This document shows, one piece after another, positions 51,932 to 59,615 of a DNA stretch of 59,615 nucleotides; the stretch's first letter is position 1, and every line of letters begins with the position of its first letter. The translations under genes and the position numbers were made by a program. Origin of the DNA: Patescibacteria group bacterium. GTDB taxonomy: Bacteria > Patescibacteriota > Minisyncoccia > Phycocordibacterales > JACOZG01. Location of the stretch: assembly GCA_038058475.1 (NCBI GenBank), contig JBBUAW010000007.1, forward strand, positions 1 to 59,615, read 5' to 3'. The notes under the pieces are model-generated. The model was not told the origin of the DNA, searched no databases, and was given only the letters and a program-made list of their open reading frames with translations.

Positions 51932-52206
51932 ATTTTGGTCTATTGCGGAGGGTTACCCTTGGTGATTTCATTGGTATTGCCGATTTCCTTTTATGACTCT
52001 TGCTGGCGAAATAATTATTATACAACATCCAATATCTGAGAGGCGTTTCCTCCCAGCAGAATCCCCCGCGAAAAAATGGAATTGAACGCTTTACATATTA
52101 ATTAGTTTGAGCCACAATATTTCATTTTCCGTCGAAAATGAAATTTCCAGCCCCGGACTCAGCTATTTTTCCTGCTGAAAAAATATGCTTCTGTCTTCAA
52201 AAATTG

Positions 52207-52243
52207 CCCGCAGGCAAAGCAGTTTGCCTGCGGTTTTCGTTTT
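52207..52243. terminator. bidirectional rho-independent terminator
   Basis: CCGCAGGCAAA/TTTGCCTGCGG 11-bp stem; TTTTCGTTTT on the plus strand, ATTTTT on the minus strand; downstream of tRNA-Glu in the minus sense. Confidence 0.75.
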
Positions 52244-52335
52244 ATGGTCACAGATAATTTTCTGCTGAAAATTTCCGCGACCCCGCCTCGCGCCGCCGCG
52301 CTCCGGCCGTCATAAAGCTCCAAGTATTCGCTTTA

Positions 52336-52407
52336 TGACCCCACCGGGAATCGGACCCGGATTCCAAGCTTGAGAAGCTTGTGTCCTAACCGTTAGACGA
52401 TAGGGCC
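52336..52407 (-). tRNA. tRNA-Glu (anticodon CUC), CCA not encoded
   Basis: 72-nt cloverleaf folded by hand. Acceptor GGCCCTA/TGGGGTC, D arm GTCT-AACGGTTA-GGAC, anticodon stem CAAGC/GCTTG with loop TTCTCAA, T arm CCGGG-TCCGATT-CCCGG. Confidence 0.9.
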
Positions 52408-52412
52408 ATAGA

Positions 52413-52421
52413 TGATATAAT
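52413..52421 (+). promoter_or_regulatory. extended -10 (TGaTATAAT) upstream of copA
   Basis: TATAAT at 52416-52421, 14 nt before ATG 52436. Confidence 0.45.
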
Positions 52422-52435
52422 AGATTAGAAAATTT

Positions 52436-54706
52436 ATGAAAACAACCAAAACCTTCAAAATCAAAGGCATGCATTGCGCCAGTTGCGCGTTGACGATTGA
52501 AAAAGCGGCGGCGAAAATGGCGGGCGTTAAAACGGCGCAGGTGAATTTCGCCACTGAAACTCTCCTCTTGGAATTTGACGAGAGTCAAGTTACGTCGAAA
52601 AATTTACAAGTCGCGGTCAAGGCCGTCGGCTATGAGTTGTTGATTCCCGAAGAAATTGAAGCCCGAAAAATGACTTCGCATCACGGTGGGACGGTGAATC
52701 TTTTAGAACAAGAAAAACGGGACAGAGAAAAAGAATTAGCGGTTCTAAAAAAGAGAATTATCGTTGGCGCAGTTTTGTCGGTAATAATTTTTCTGGGCAG
52801 TTTTCCGGAATGGTTTTCGTTTATGCCGGAAATTCTTCAGCGATATTTAGTTCTGTTGATTTTAACGACACCGGTGCAATTTTGGGTGGGCGCGCGGTTT
52901 TACAGCGGACTCAAAATTTTATTCAAATATCGGACAGCGGATATGAATACCCTGATCGCGATTGGCACTTTGGCGGCTTATTTTTATAGCGCCGCCGTAA
53001 CTTTTTTCCCGGCATTTTTCAGTCGCGGCGGTCTGGCGCCGGGAATTTATTTTGACACGGCGGCGGTGATTATCACTTTAATTTTGCTCGGCCGTTATCT
53101 GGAACTTTTAGCCAAGGGGCGGGCGTCGGAAGCGATTAAAAAATTGATGAGACTCTCGGCCAAAACCGCGCGCGTGGTTCGCCAAGACCAAGAAGTGGAG
53201 ATTTCTATCGCCGAAGTGCAAGTTGGCGACATTATCATTGTTCGCCCCGGCGAAAAAATTCCAGTAGACGGCGAAGTCATTGACGGCCGTTCAACGGTGG
53301 ATGAATCTTTTGTTACCGGCGAGAGTCTGCCGGTGACTAAAGAATCCGGTTCAAAAGTGATTGGCGCCAGCCTGAATCAAGTCGGCTCTTTCAGATTTCG
53401 AGCGACACGAGTCGGCGGGGAAACGATGCTTGCCCAGATTATTAAAATGGTGGAACGGGCCCAGGGATCAAAAGCGCCGATTCAACGTTTGGCCGATATT
53501 ATTTCCGGTTATTTTGTTCCGGTGGTCCTGGCCGCGGCAATTTTAACTTTTGCCATCTGGTTAATTTTTGGCCCGGCGCCGGCGCTCACTTTTGCTTTGG
53601 TTAATTTTGTCGCGGTGCTGATTATCGCCTGTCCTTGCGCCCTGGGTCTGGCCACGCCGATGGCAATGATGGTGGGTATCGGCCAAGGGGCGGCCAAAGG
53701 AATTTTAATCCGCGAGGCGGCGGCGCTGGAAACGGCGCGACAAATTAACACGGTAATTTTGGATAAAACCGGCACGTTGACTCAAGGTCGACCGGCCGTT
53801 ACGGATATTTTGCCGTTCGGCGGTCAAACCGACCAACAAATCTTACAAATTGCCGCCAGTTTGGAACAAAGGTCAGAACATCCTTTAGGCCAAGCTATTT
53901 TGGCGAAAGCGCAAACGGAAAAAATCAAATTAATTGAAATTTTTGATTTTAAGGCTCTGCCCGGAAAAGGAATTCAGGGAGATTTATTAATCAATGGCGA
54001 AAAATTACCGGCGGCTTTGGGTAATCGCGAGCTCTTAAAAATCCTGTCTTTAAATTCGGAGGAAATTGAATCGGCTATGCAGAAACTGGAAACGGACGGC
54101 AAAACCGCAATGATTTTAATTCAGCGTGGGCAAATTGTCGGCTTGATTGCCGTGGCTGATGTGTTAAAACCGGAAGCGATCGCCGCCGTGAAAGAATTAA
54201 AAACGGCCGGTTTGGAAATCTGGCTCATTACCGGCGATAACGAACGGACGGCCCGGGCGATCGGCCGGCAAGTCGGAATTGAAAATATTTTGGCGCAAGT
54301 TCTGCCGCAAAATAAAGCTGCTCAAGTTGAAACTCTCCAAAAACAAGAGAAGAAGGTGGCGATGATTGGCGACGGCATCAATGACGCGCCGGCTTTGGCG
54401 CAGGCCGATCTGGGAATCGCTATGGGTGAAGGAACCGATGTGGCGATGGAATCGGCCGGCGTCACGTTTCTTCGCGGCGACCTTAAGCTGATTGCCGAAC
54501 TTTTCAAATTATCCCGGCAGACTTTGCGAATTGTCAAACAGAATCTTTTTTGGGCTTTTTTCTATAATATCGCTTTCATTCCGGTGGCCGCCGGCGCGCT
54601 TTATCCGCTTTGGGGCATTTTACTCAATCCGATCTTCGCCGCCGCGGCGATGGCTTTTTCCAGTTTGAGCGTGGTTCTGAATTCCTTGCGATTGAAAACG
54701 AGATAG
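52436..54706 (+). CDS. copA: copper-translocating P1B-type ATPase
   Basis: N-terminal HMA domain GMHCASC, TGES, CPC ([12 protein letters not shown]), [17 protein letters not shown]. Confidence 0.95.
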   Translation: MKTTKTFKIKGMHCASCALTIEKAAAKMAGVKTAQVNFATETLLLEFDESQVTSKNLQVAVKAVGYELLIPEEIEARKMTSHHGGTVNLLEQEKRDREKELAVLKKRIIVGAVLSVIIFLGSFPEWFSFMPEILQRYLVLLILTTPVQFWVGARFYSGLKILFKYRTADMNTLIAIGTLAAYFYSAAVTFFPAFFSRGGLAPGIYFDTAAVIITLILLGRYLELLAKGRASEAIKKLMRLSAKTARVVRQDQEVEISIAEVQVGDIIIVRPGEKIPVDGEVIDGRSTVDESFVTGESLPVTKESGSKVIGASLNQVGSFRFRATRVGGETMLAQIIKMVERAQGSKAPIQRLADIISGYFVPVVLAAAILTFAIWLIFGPAPALTFALVNFVAVLIIACPCALGLATPMAMMVGIGQGAAKGILIREAAALETARQINTVILDKTGTLTQGRPAVTDILPFGGQTDQQILQIAASLEQRSEHPLGQAILAKAQTEKIKLIEIFDFKALPGKGIQGDLLINGEKLPAALGNRELLKILSLNSEEIESAMQKLETDGKTAMILIQRGQIVGLIAVADVLKPEAIAAVKELKTAGLEIWLITGDNERTARAIGRQVGIENILAQVLPQNKAAQVETLQKQEKKVAMIGDGINDAPALAQADLGIAMGEGTDVAMESAGVTFLRGDLKLIAELFKLSRQTLRIVKQNLFWAFFYNIAFIPVAAGALYPLWGILLNPIFAAAAMAFSSLSVVLNSLRLKTR

Positions 54707-54727
54707 TTTAGAATGGATTGTCTGATT

Positions 54728-55123
54728 ATGAAAATGAAATCTTTCATCACCATCCTCTTAATTTGCGGCTTTGTTTTGGCGGCGGTTTTCAGTATTTTCG
54801 CGATGAATCACAATTTGGGTCATAACGCCGGCGCCGGCGGTTGTTTCGGCGCCTTGACGCAAAAAGCGGATTGTCCCGAAACGCTGAATCCAATTTTATT
54901 TTTCGATTTCCATCTCAATGTTTTTAGAAGTTTTTCCACTGCCGTTTTCGGTCAAAATGTTTTGCTAATTTTATGGCTGATGATTTTTTGGTTTTTGCCA
55001 GGCGGTGTAGCTTTGATTTTTTATCGGCGATTAAAAATTAACTCTAGTTTGGTCGGCGTCTCTCCCCCATCGCCGCTTATTCGTTGGCTGGCGCTACACG
55101 AAAATAGTCCGACTCGGTTCTAG
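54728..55123 (+). CDS. hypothetical membrane protein with a Cys pair
   Basis: Two or three TMs; GGCFGALTQKADCPE between TM1 and TM2; start chosen at MKMKSF. Confidence 0.5.
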   Translation: MKMKSFITILLICGFVLAAVFSIFAMNHNLGHNAGAGGCFGALTQKADCPETLNPILFFDFHLNVFRSFSTAVFGQNVLLILWLMIFWFLPGGVALIFYRRLKINSSLVGVSPPSPLIRWLALHENSPTRF

Positions 55124-55213
55124 TCTCGGGCGCCGAGAGAAAATCGCGCGTCCATTTTAACGGCCCATTACTATCGGGAGTTTTTGGATGGTTTTCTTAA
55201 TCAATAAATTAAT

Positions 55214-55720
55214 ATGACTAAAAATAACATCATTACTATCATCATTGTTATTCTGGTTTTTGTCGGAATAGTTTGGTTGGCTAAGCCAAATGGAAATGGC
55301 ACTAAACCTCCACCGGCGATTACCGCCAATGTCGGCGGGGCAATGCTTAACGCCACTGAAACTTTCTTTAATTTCGGTGAAGTTTCAATGAAGAAAGGAT
55401 TGGTCAAACATGACTTTAAGGTAACCAATCAGTCTGCCACCGTTACAAAAATCGCGAAAATTTATACTTCCTGCATGTGCACTACGGCCTCGATCATTAC
55501 CGGTCAAGACCGAAAAGGGCCGTTCGGTATGCCCGGGCACGGTTTAGTGCCGAAAGCCAACGCCGCCATCGGCGCCGGTGAGGAAGCGACCATTGAAGTC
55601 GTTTTTGACCCAGCGGCGCACGGCCCGGCTGGCGTCGGCCGCATTGAACGGGAAATCTATTTAGAAGACGAGCAAGACAATCAAACCGTTCTGAAATTTG
55701 AAGCGACGGTCACGCCTTAA
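55214..55720 (+). CDS. DUF1573-like membrane-anchored protein
   Basis: FNFGEVSMKKGLVKHDFKVTNQS...IYTSCMCTT, typical of DUF1573 Ig-like domains. Confidence 0.65.
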   Translation: MTKNNIITIIIVILVFVGIVWLAKPNGNGTKPPPAITANVGGAMLNATETFFNFGEVSMKKGLVKHDFKVTNQSATVTKIAKIYTSCMCTTASIITGQDRKGPFGMPGHGLVPKANAAIGAGEEATIEVVFDPAAHGPAGVGRIEREIYLEDEQDNQTVLKFEATVTP

Positions 55721-55728
55721 TAATTGTT

Positions 55729-56520
55729 ATGGAAAATAAAAAAAATAAAATCTGGTGGCTGGTCAGTGCTGCCGTTATTGTTGTCGGCCTCGCGCTGGTT
55801 CTAAAATTTTACGCCGGCGCCTCAACAATCGTCTGGAGTTTAAGTGACGGCGGCAAATGGCTTTTGCCGCTCGTCGGCATTACGGCGCTGGTGGACAGCA
55901 TCAATCCCTGCGCTTTTTCGATTCTGATTCTCACGATCGCTTTCCTCTTAAGCCTCGGCCGACTGCGTTCAAACATTCTGAAAATCGGCGGCGTCTATAT
56001 CTTCGGCGTTTTTACCGCTTATATCTTGATTGGCCTTGGTTTGCTGAAAATTCTCCATTTCTTCAATACCCCGCACTTTATGGGCAAGGTCGGCGCCGGT
56101 CTCTTAATCCTGCTCGGCCTCATTAACTTAATCCAAGAATTATTTCCGAATTCACCGATCAAATTGCGTTTGCCGAAATTCAGCCACGGTCTGATGGCGC
56201 GCGTAATGGAAAAAGCCTCCGTGCCAACGGCTTTTTTGCTCGGCATTTTGGTCGGCCTCTGTGAATTTCCCTGCACCGGCGGGCCGTATTTGATGATTCT
56301 GGGTTTGTTGCATGATCAGGTCACTTATCTCACCGGTATCGGTTATCTCTTCCTCTATAATTTGATTTTTGTTTTGCCGCTCGTCATCATTCTATCTCTG
56401 GCCAGTCATAAATATCTGCTTGACCGCGTTGAGGATTGGCAAAACCGGCGGAAAAAATTGATGCGCCGGGTCGGCGGTTTGGTGATGATTTTGCTCGGCG
56501 TGATTATCTTCTTAATCTAA
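55729..56520 (+). CDS. CcdA/DsbD-like thiol:disulfide transmembrane electron-transfer protein
   Basis: Multi-TM with DSINPCAFS in TM1 and CEFPCTGGPY in a later TM. Confidence 0.55.
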   Translation: MENKKNKIWWLVSAAVIVVGLALVLKFYAGASTIVWSLSDGGKWLLPLVGITALVDSINPCAFSILILTIAFLLSLGRLRSNILKIGGVYIFGVFTAYILIGLGLLKILHFFNTPHFMGKVGAGLLILLGLINLIQELFPNSPIKLRLPKFSHGLMARVMEKASVPTAFLLGILVGLCEFPCTGGPYLMILGLLHDQVTYLTGIGYLFLYNLIFVLPLVIILSLASHKYLLDRVEDWQNRRKKLMRRVGGLVMILLGVIIFLI

Positions 56521-56524
56521 AAAA

Positions 56525-56971
56525 ATGATTATCGCCATTGCTTCAATCTTAATCATCACTTTCGCAGTCTGGTTGATTGGCGAAAAATTATCGCTAAAAA
56601 TTTGTCCCATCTGCGCCGGCGTCAGTTTAACCTGGTTTTGGTTGTGGCTCGGCTGGCAACTGGAAAAATTACCCGTTGCCGATTATCAACTGCCGACGGC
56701 GATTCTGATGGGCGGCACGGTGGTCGGCCTGATGGCTAAACTTGAGTCGGTCATCAAGCCAAAATTCGTTTTATTCTGGAAAACTATTTTTGTGGTTTCG
56801 GGATTTTCCGCGGTCAGCGGTTTACTGGCTGGTAATTGGTTAGCGGTTGCCGCGGGGATAATCTTGGCGGCGGTGACGACTCTCGGATGTCAAGCGCGCG
56901 CCACTGAACCGGAAAAACAAAATTCCAAAATAGCTGAAGACCTTAAAGAAAAGATGAAAAATTGCTGTTGA
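56525..56971 (+). CDS. hypothetical 4-TM protein with a CxxC motif
   Basis: KICPICAG at a TM boundary; C-terminal ...KNCC. Confidence 0.5.
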   Translation: MIIAIASILIITFAVWLIGEKLSLKICPICAGVSLTWFWLWLGWQLEKLPVADYQLPTAILMGGTVVGLMAKLESVIKPKFVLFWKTIFVVSGFSAVSGLLAGNWLAVAAGIILAAVTTLGCQARATEPEKQNSKIAEDLKEKMKNCC

Positions 56972-56987
56972 TGATGACTATCGAATC

Positions 56988-57422
56988 GTGAACAAAAATC
57001 TTCAACCGCTGATTTTCGGTCTGGCCGGCGCTCTCGCCCTGCTCGGGCTTTATTGGTCAATCGTCAGTCTCATTTCTGGTCCGTCATTCGCGCTGGCGCA
57101 ATTCCGCGACTATTGGTATTTTATCGTCGGTCTGGCGGCCGGTTTCGGCGCGCAAGTCGGCTTTTACACTCACTTAAAGAAACTAGTCGCCGCCGGCGCG
57201 GCTGGCGGCCGGGCCGTTGTCGTTTCCGGCGCCGCTTCCACGGGCGCGATGTTGGCTTGTTGCGCGCATTATCTGGCGAATTTTCTGCCGGCGCTGGCGA
57301 CGGTCGGTGTCGCCAGTTTCATCGGTCAATATCAAGTGGAATTTTTCTGGCTTGGTCTAGCCGCCAATCTTTTGGGTCTGAGTTATATTATCAGTCAAAT
57401 TAAAAAATTTACTTCATCATAA
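56988..57422 (+). CDS. hypothetical 4-TM protein with a CC-H motif
   Basis: GTG start; GAMLACCAHYLANFLP in a TM helix. Confidence 0.5.
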   Translation: MNKNLQPLIFGLAGALALLGLYWSIVSLISGPSFALAQFRDYWYFIVGLAAGFGAQVGFYTHLKKLVAAGAAGGRAVVVSGAASTGAMLACCAHYLANFLPALATVGVASFIGQYQVEFFWLGLAANLLGLSYIISQIKKFTSS

Positions 57423-57424
57423 AT

Positions 57425-58648
57425 ATGAATTTAAAAAACATTCTGGCAATAATCGTCATCGCCGTCGTGGTATTTCTTCTCGCGTCAAATAAAATCGGCG
57501 ACCGGCCGCTACCGATCGCAATTTCGCCATCGCCAAATTCCATTTCCGTTTTGGAAACGCAAATCAACAGCGAGGGACCGGTTAGCGTTAAAGTAACGCC
57601 GAAACTTTCCGCCGCCGTCGCCTTTGAAATCACTCTGGACACTCATTCCGAGGAATTAACCGTTGACTTAACGCGCGCAGTAACCTTAAGAGACGAAACC
57701 GGCCGGGAATATCCGCCGCTTGGCTGGCAGGGCGATCCGCCGGGCGGCCATCATCGCGAGGGCCTGCTCACTTTTGGCCAGCTGGCGCCAAGACCGCAAA
57801 CTTTGCAATTGACGGTCCGGCAAATCGGCGGCGTGGCCGAACGAAAATTTAAGTGGATGGCCGCGGTTACAGACGAGCCGCCGGTACCGATCTCAACTTT
57901 AATATCAACCGAACCGGCAGCGGAATTACCCGTCCGCTGGGGCGACCTCGGCGCCAAGCTGGTTGAAACCGGCGTCATTGACGGCGAAAAGTTTGAACAA
58001 CTTTACGCCGGTCGCGGCAACGTTGAATTGACAGCAGAAATAAAAAAGTTACTCTATCGTAAAGATAACGGCCGATTGAAAATCACCGCCGCCAATTCCG
58101 GCGCAATTCTTAATTTGCTCTGGGCGCTCGGCTTGGCGACGAAAAATGAAATTTTGGACACCGGACCGATGCGCGACCAGCGCTACGGCGGTAACGTCGG
58201 CGGATTCGCCTCCACCGGCGGCTGGACTCTAGCCAGAGGCGAGGCGATGGCGCATTACAGCCAGCATTCTTTTTTCACTTTGACGCCGGCGCAACAGCGG
58301 TTAGTTGAACGGGTCAGCCAGAACATTTATCGTCCTTGTTGCGACAATTCAACTTATTTTCCGGATTGCAACCATGGAATGGCGATGCTTGGTCTTTTAG
58401 AATTGATGGCGGCCCAAAATCTGACCGAAACAGACATGTATCGGGTGGCTTTGACGGTTAATGGTTATTGGTTTCCGGACACCTATTTGACTATTGATAA
58501 ATATTTGAAAACTCAAGGTTCATCGCTGGTCCAAGCCGACCCGCAGGAAATTCTCGGCGTTAATTATTCCAGCGGTTCCGGTTACCGTCAGATTATGGCG
58601 AAAATGAAGCCGGCCAGCGGCGGTTCCGGCACCAGTTGTGGAATATAA
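57425..58648 (+). CDS. hypothetical membrane-anchored extracytoplasmic protein with Cys/His motifs
   Basis: N-terminal TM; GDPPGGHHREG; RPCCDNSTYFPDCNHGMAMLG; C-terminal GTSCGI. Confidence 0.6.
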   Translation: MNLKNILAIIVIAVVVFLLASNKIGDRPLPIAISPSPNSISVLETQINSEGPVSVKVTPKLSAAVAFEITLDTHSEELTVDLTRAVTLRDETGREYPPLGWQGDPPGGHHREGLLTFGQLAPRPQTLQLTVRQIGGVAERKFKWMAAVTDEPPVPISTLISTEPAAELPVRWGDLGAKLVETGVIDGEKFEQLYAGRGNVELTAEIKKLLYRKDNGRLKITAANSGAILNLLWALGLATKNEILDTGPMRDQRYGGNVGGFASTGGWTLARGEAMAHYSQHSFFTLTPAQQRLVERVSQNIYRPCCDNSTYFPDCNHGMAMLGLLELMAAQNLTETDMYRVALTVNGYWFPDTYLTIDKYLKTQGSSLVQADPQEILGVNYSSGSGYRQIMAKMKPASGGSGTSCGI

Positions 58649-58684
58649 TCCAAAATTGGTATAATTTCAGGTGTGAGTCCGGAA

Positions 58685-59242
58685 ATGAAAAAATTATTAT
58701 TGGTAATTATTATTTTTTTCGTCGTCAGGGTAGTTTCTGCGACTACCGACGATCCGACTTCAACCTCTACCGACCCCATCGCCACTTCTACTCTTGTCTC
58801 TATTGATATTGATTCTGCCGGCGCCACTACAACCGTCATTATTCCGACCACCACTCCTCCCATTATCCCGACTAACGTTTCAACTTCTAAAAAAACTTTT
58901 ACTTTGACGGTTGATGATATTTCCGAGATTTGCGGTTCTTCAACCGAAATGCCGCCGGCGAAGTATTGGTGGATCTTCGTGAACTCTCTGACCGAAACCG
59001 GCGGCAGTTGTGGCGGCGGTAGTTTTTGCAGTCAGACTTTTACGATCGACGATTTATCGGTCCAGGCCGAAATTCTTCTGCCGCCGCGATCCGATTATTA
59101 TGTGGTTGGAACGTTCTGCAGCGATAATACCAATAACCCTAATAACCCCAACGGCAACTTTTGGTCGCCTAATGCCGTCCGTCCCTTAGAGGGAGATTTT
59201 GCCGCACCGTTTGATCCGATTTTTGATGTCCAAAATACATAA
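58685..59242 (+). CDS. hypothetical Thr-rich surface protein
   Basis: Signal/TM MKKLLLVIIIFFVV, Thr/Ser/Pro-rich linker, Cys-containing C-terminal domain. Confidence 0.55.
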   Translation: MKKLLLVIIIFFVVRVVSATTDDPTSTSTDPIATSTLVSIDIDSAGATTTVIIPTTTPPIIPTNVSTSKKTFTLTVDDISEICGSSTEMPPAKYWWIFVNSLTETGGSCGGGSFCSQTFTIDDLSVQAEILLPPRSDYYVVGTFCSDNTNNPNNPNGNFWSPNAVRPLEGDFAAPFDPIFDVQNT

Positions 59243-59615
59243 TGAAAAATAAATCAAATAATTTTGCCTATATAGATGGCGCAAATTTACATAAAGGAGT
59301 GGCCAGTCTTGGTTGGAAGTTAGATTACGCCCGTTTTCGTGTATGGCTTGGGGAGAAATATGGGGTATCAAATGCATATATCTTTATTGGTTTGATACCT
59401 AAATTTAAAGATCTTTATAAATATCTTCAGGAGTCAGGATTTATTTTAATTTATAAAGAGGTCATTTATGATAAAGATGGAAAACCAAAAGGAAATTGTG
59501 ACACCGATCTGGCTTTGCAAGCCACTTGTGATGCTTATGAAAATAAGTACAAAAAAGCCGTTATTGTCTCAAGTGATGGGGATTATGCTGGTCTAGTGAA
59601 ATTTCTCCAGTTGAA
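59242..59615 (+). CDS. NYN (LabA-like) domain protein, N-terminal part (runs off the window)
   Basis: Not in the track (no stop): MKNKSNNFAYIDGANLHKG...YIFIG...NCDTDLAL...VIVSSDGDYAGLVKFL, an NYN/PIN-like acidic pattern. The ATG overlaps the previous stop (TAATG). Confidence 0.65.
   Translation, partial: MKNKSNNFAYIDGANLHKGVASLGWKLDYARFRVWLGEKYGVSNAYIFIGLIPKFKDLYKYLQESGFILIYKEVIYDKDGKPKGNCDTDLALQATCDAYENKYKKAVIVSSDGDYAGLVKFLQL

Noticed and set aside
51794-52039. 81-aa plus-strand ORF (or its 49-aa internal version MDIAYAS...)
   Set aside because: It spans minus-strand SD, promoter and terminator elements. It has no SD or properly spaced -10, and its composition is not convincing.
52310-52588. 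92-aa minus-strand ORF
   Set aside because: It overlaps the tRNA-Glu gene and the 5' end of copA.
1-59615. Alternative genetic code (UGA recoding, as in some CPR lineages)
   Set aside because: TGA terminates conserved genes at the expected lengths (for example mraY at 36588-36590 and scpA at 34099-34101). No conserved gene needs in-frame TGA read-through. The only broken gene (cysS) is explained by a homopolymer frameshift.
1-59615. CRISPR arrays, IS elements, integrases, prophage structural genes
   Set aside because: No regularly spaced repeats were seen, and no ORF has transposase, integrase or recombinase motifs. The cassette boundaries are marked only by duplicated host sequence.

Overview
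This 59.6-kb window looks like it comes from a small-genome, CPR/Patescibacteria-like bacterium. That placement is an inference from domain-reduced AlaRS and AspRS, weak or absent Shine-Dalgarno sites, and the gene order. TGA, TAA and TAG all behave as stop codons.

The backbone is housekeeping:
- alaS
- infA-rpmJ-rpsM-rpsK-rpsD-rpoA-rplQ, then rplM-rpsI
- grpE-dnaK-dnaJ
- folD, trpS, aspS, scpAB
- a PBP5-like carboxypeptidase, then mraY-ftsW-murG
- gltX, two M23 peptidases, rpmA, rplI, ctpA, corA
- a frameshifted cysS, then dnaB, recR, rplU, rmuC
- tRNA-Glu(CUC)

Accessory segments interrupt this backbone:
1. 8.8-11.3 kb: hicBA, a MazG-like remnant, about 600 bp with no callable CDS, and a roughly 200-nt structured ncRNA candidate.
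2. 15-16.5 kb: a GC-rich pair, a Cys-rich lipoprotein and a DUF2585-like membrane protein.
3. 16.5-23.8 kb, the most unusual stretch. It has an SMR-like transporter coupled to an ALDH-superfamily enzyme with an aaRS-type C-terminal tail. Two different cassettes follow: GNAT plus an RRE-rSAM-SPASM maturase, and methyltransferase / CYTH / Tmk-like / Gre-like. They are bounded by duplicated copies of the ALDH gene 3' end and of the histidine-kinase bidirectional promoter and 5' end, which creates a chimeric junction.
4. A GC-rich PEP-CTERM protein gene.
5. A PIN toxin-antitoxin cassette flanked by 45-bp repeats that copy the rplU 5' region.
6. A copA-led cluster of Cys-motif membrane and secreted proteins.

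Two more observations apply across the window. Many operon-leading genes have a -10 element (often TGn-extended) only 6-8 nt upstream of the start codon, which suggests widespread leaderless mRNAs. A second ORF-free transcription unit of about 320 nt, with its own promoter and terminator, lies between murG and gltX. No CRISPR array, transposase or integrase was seen.
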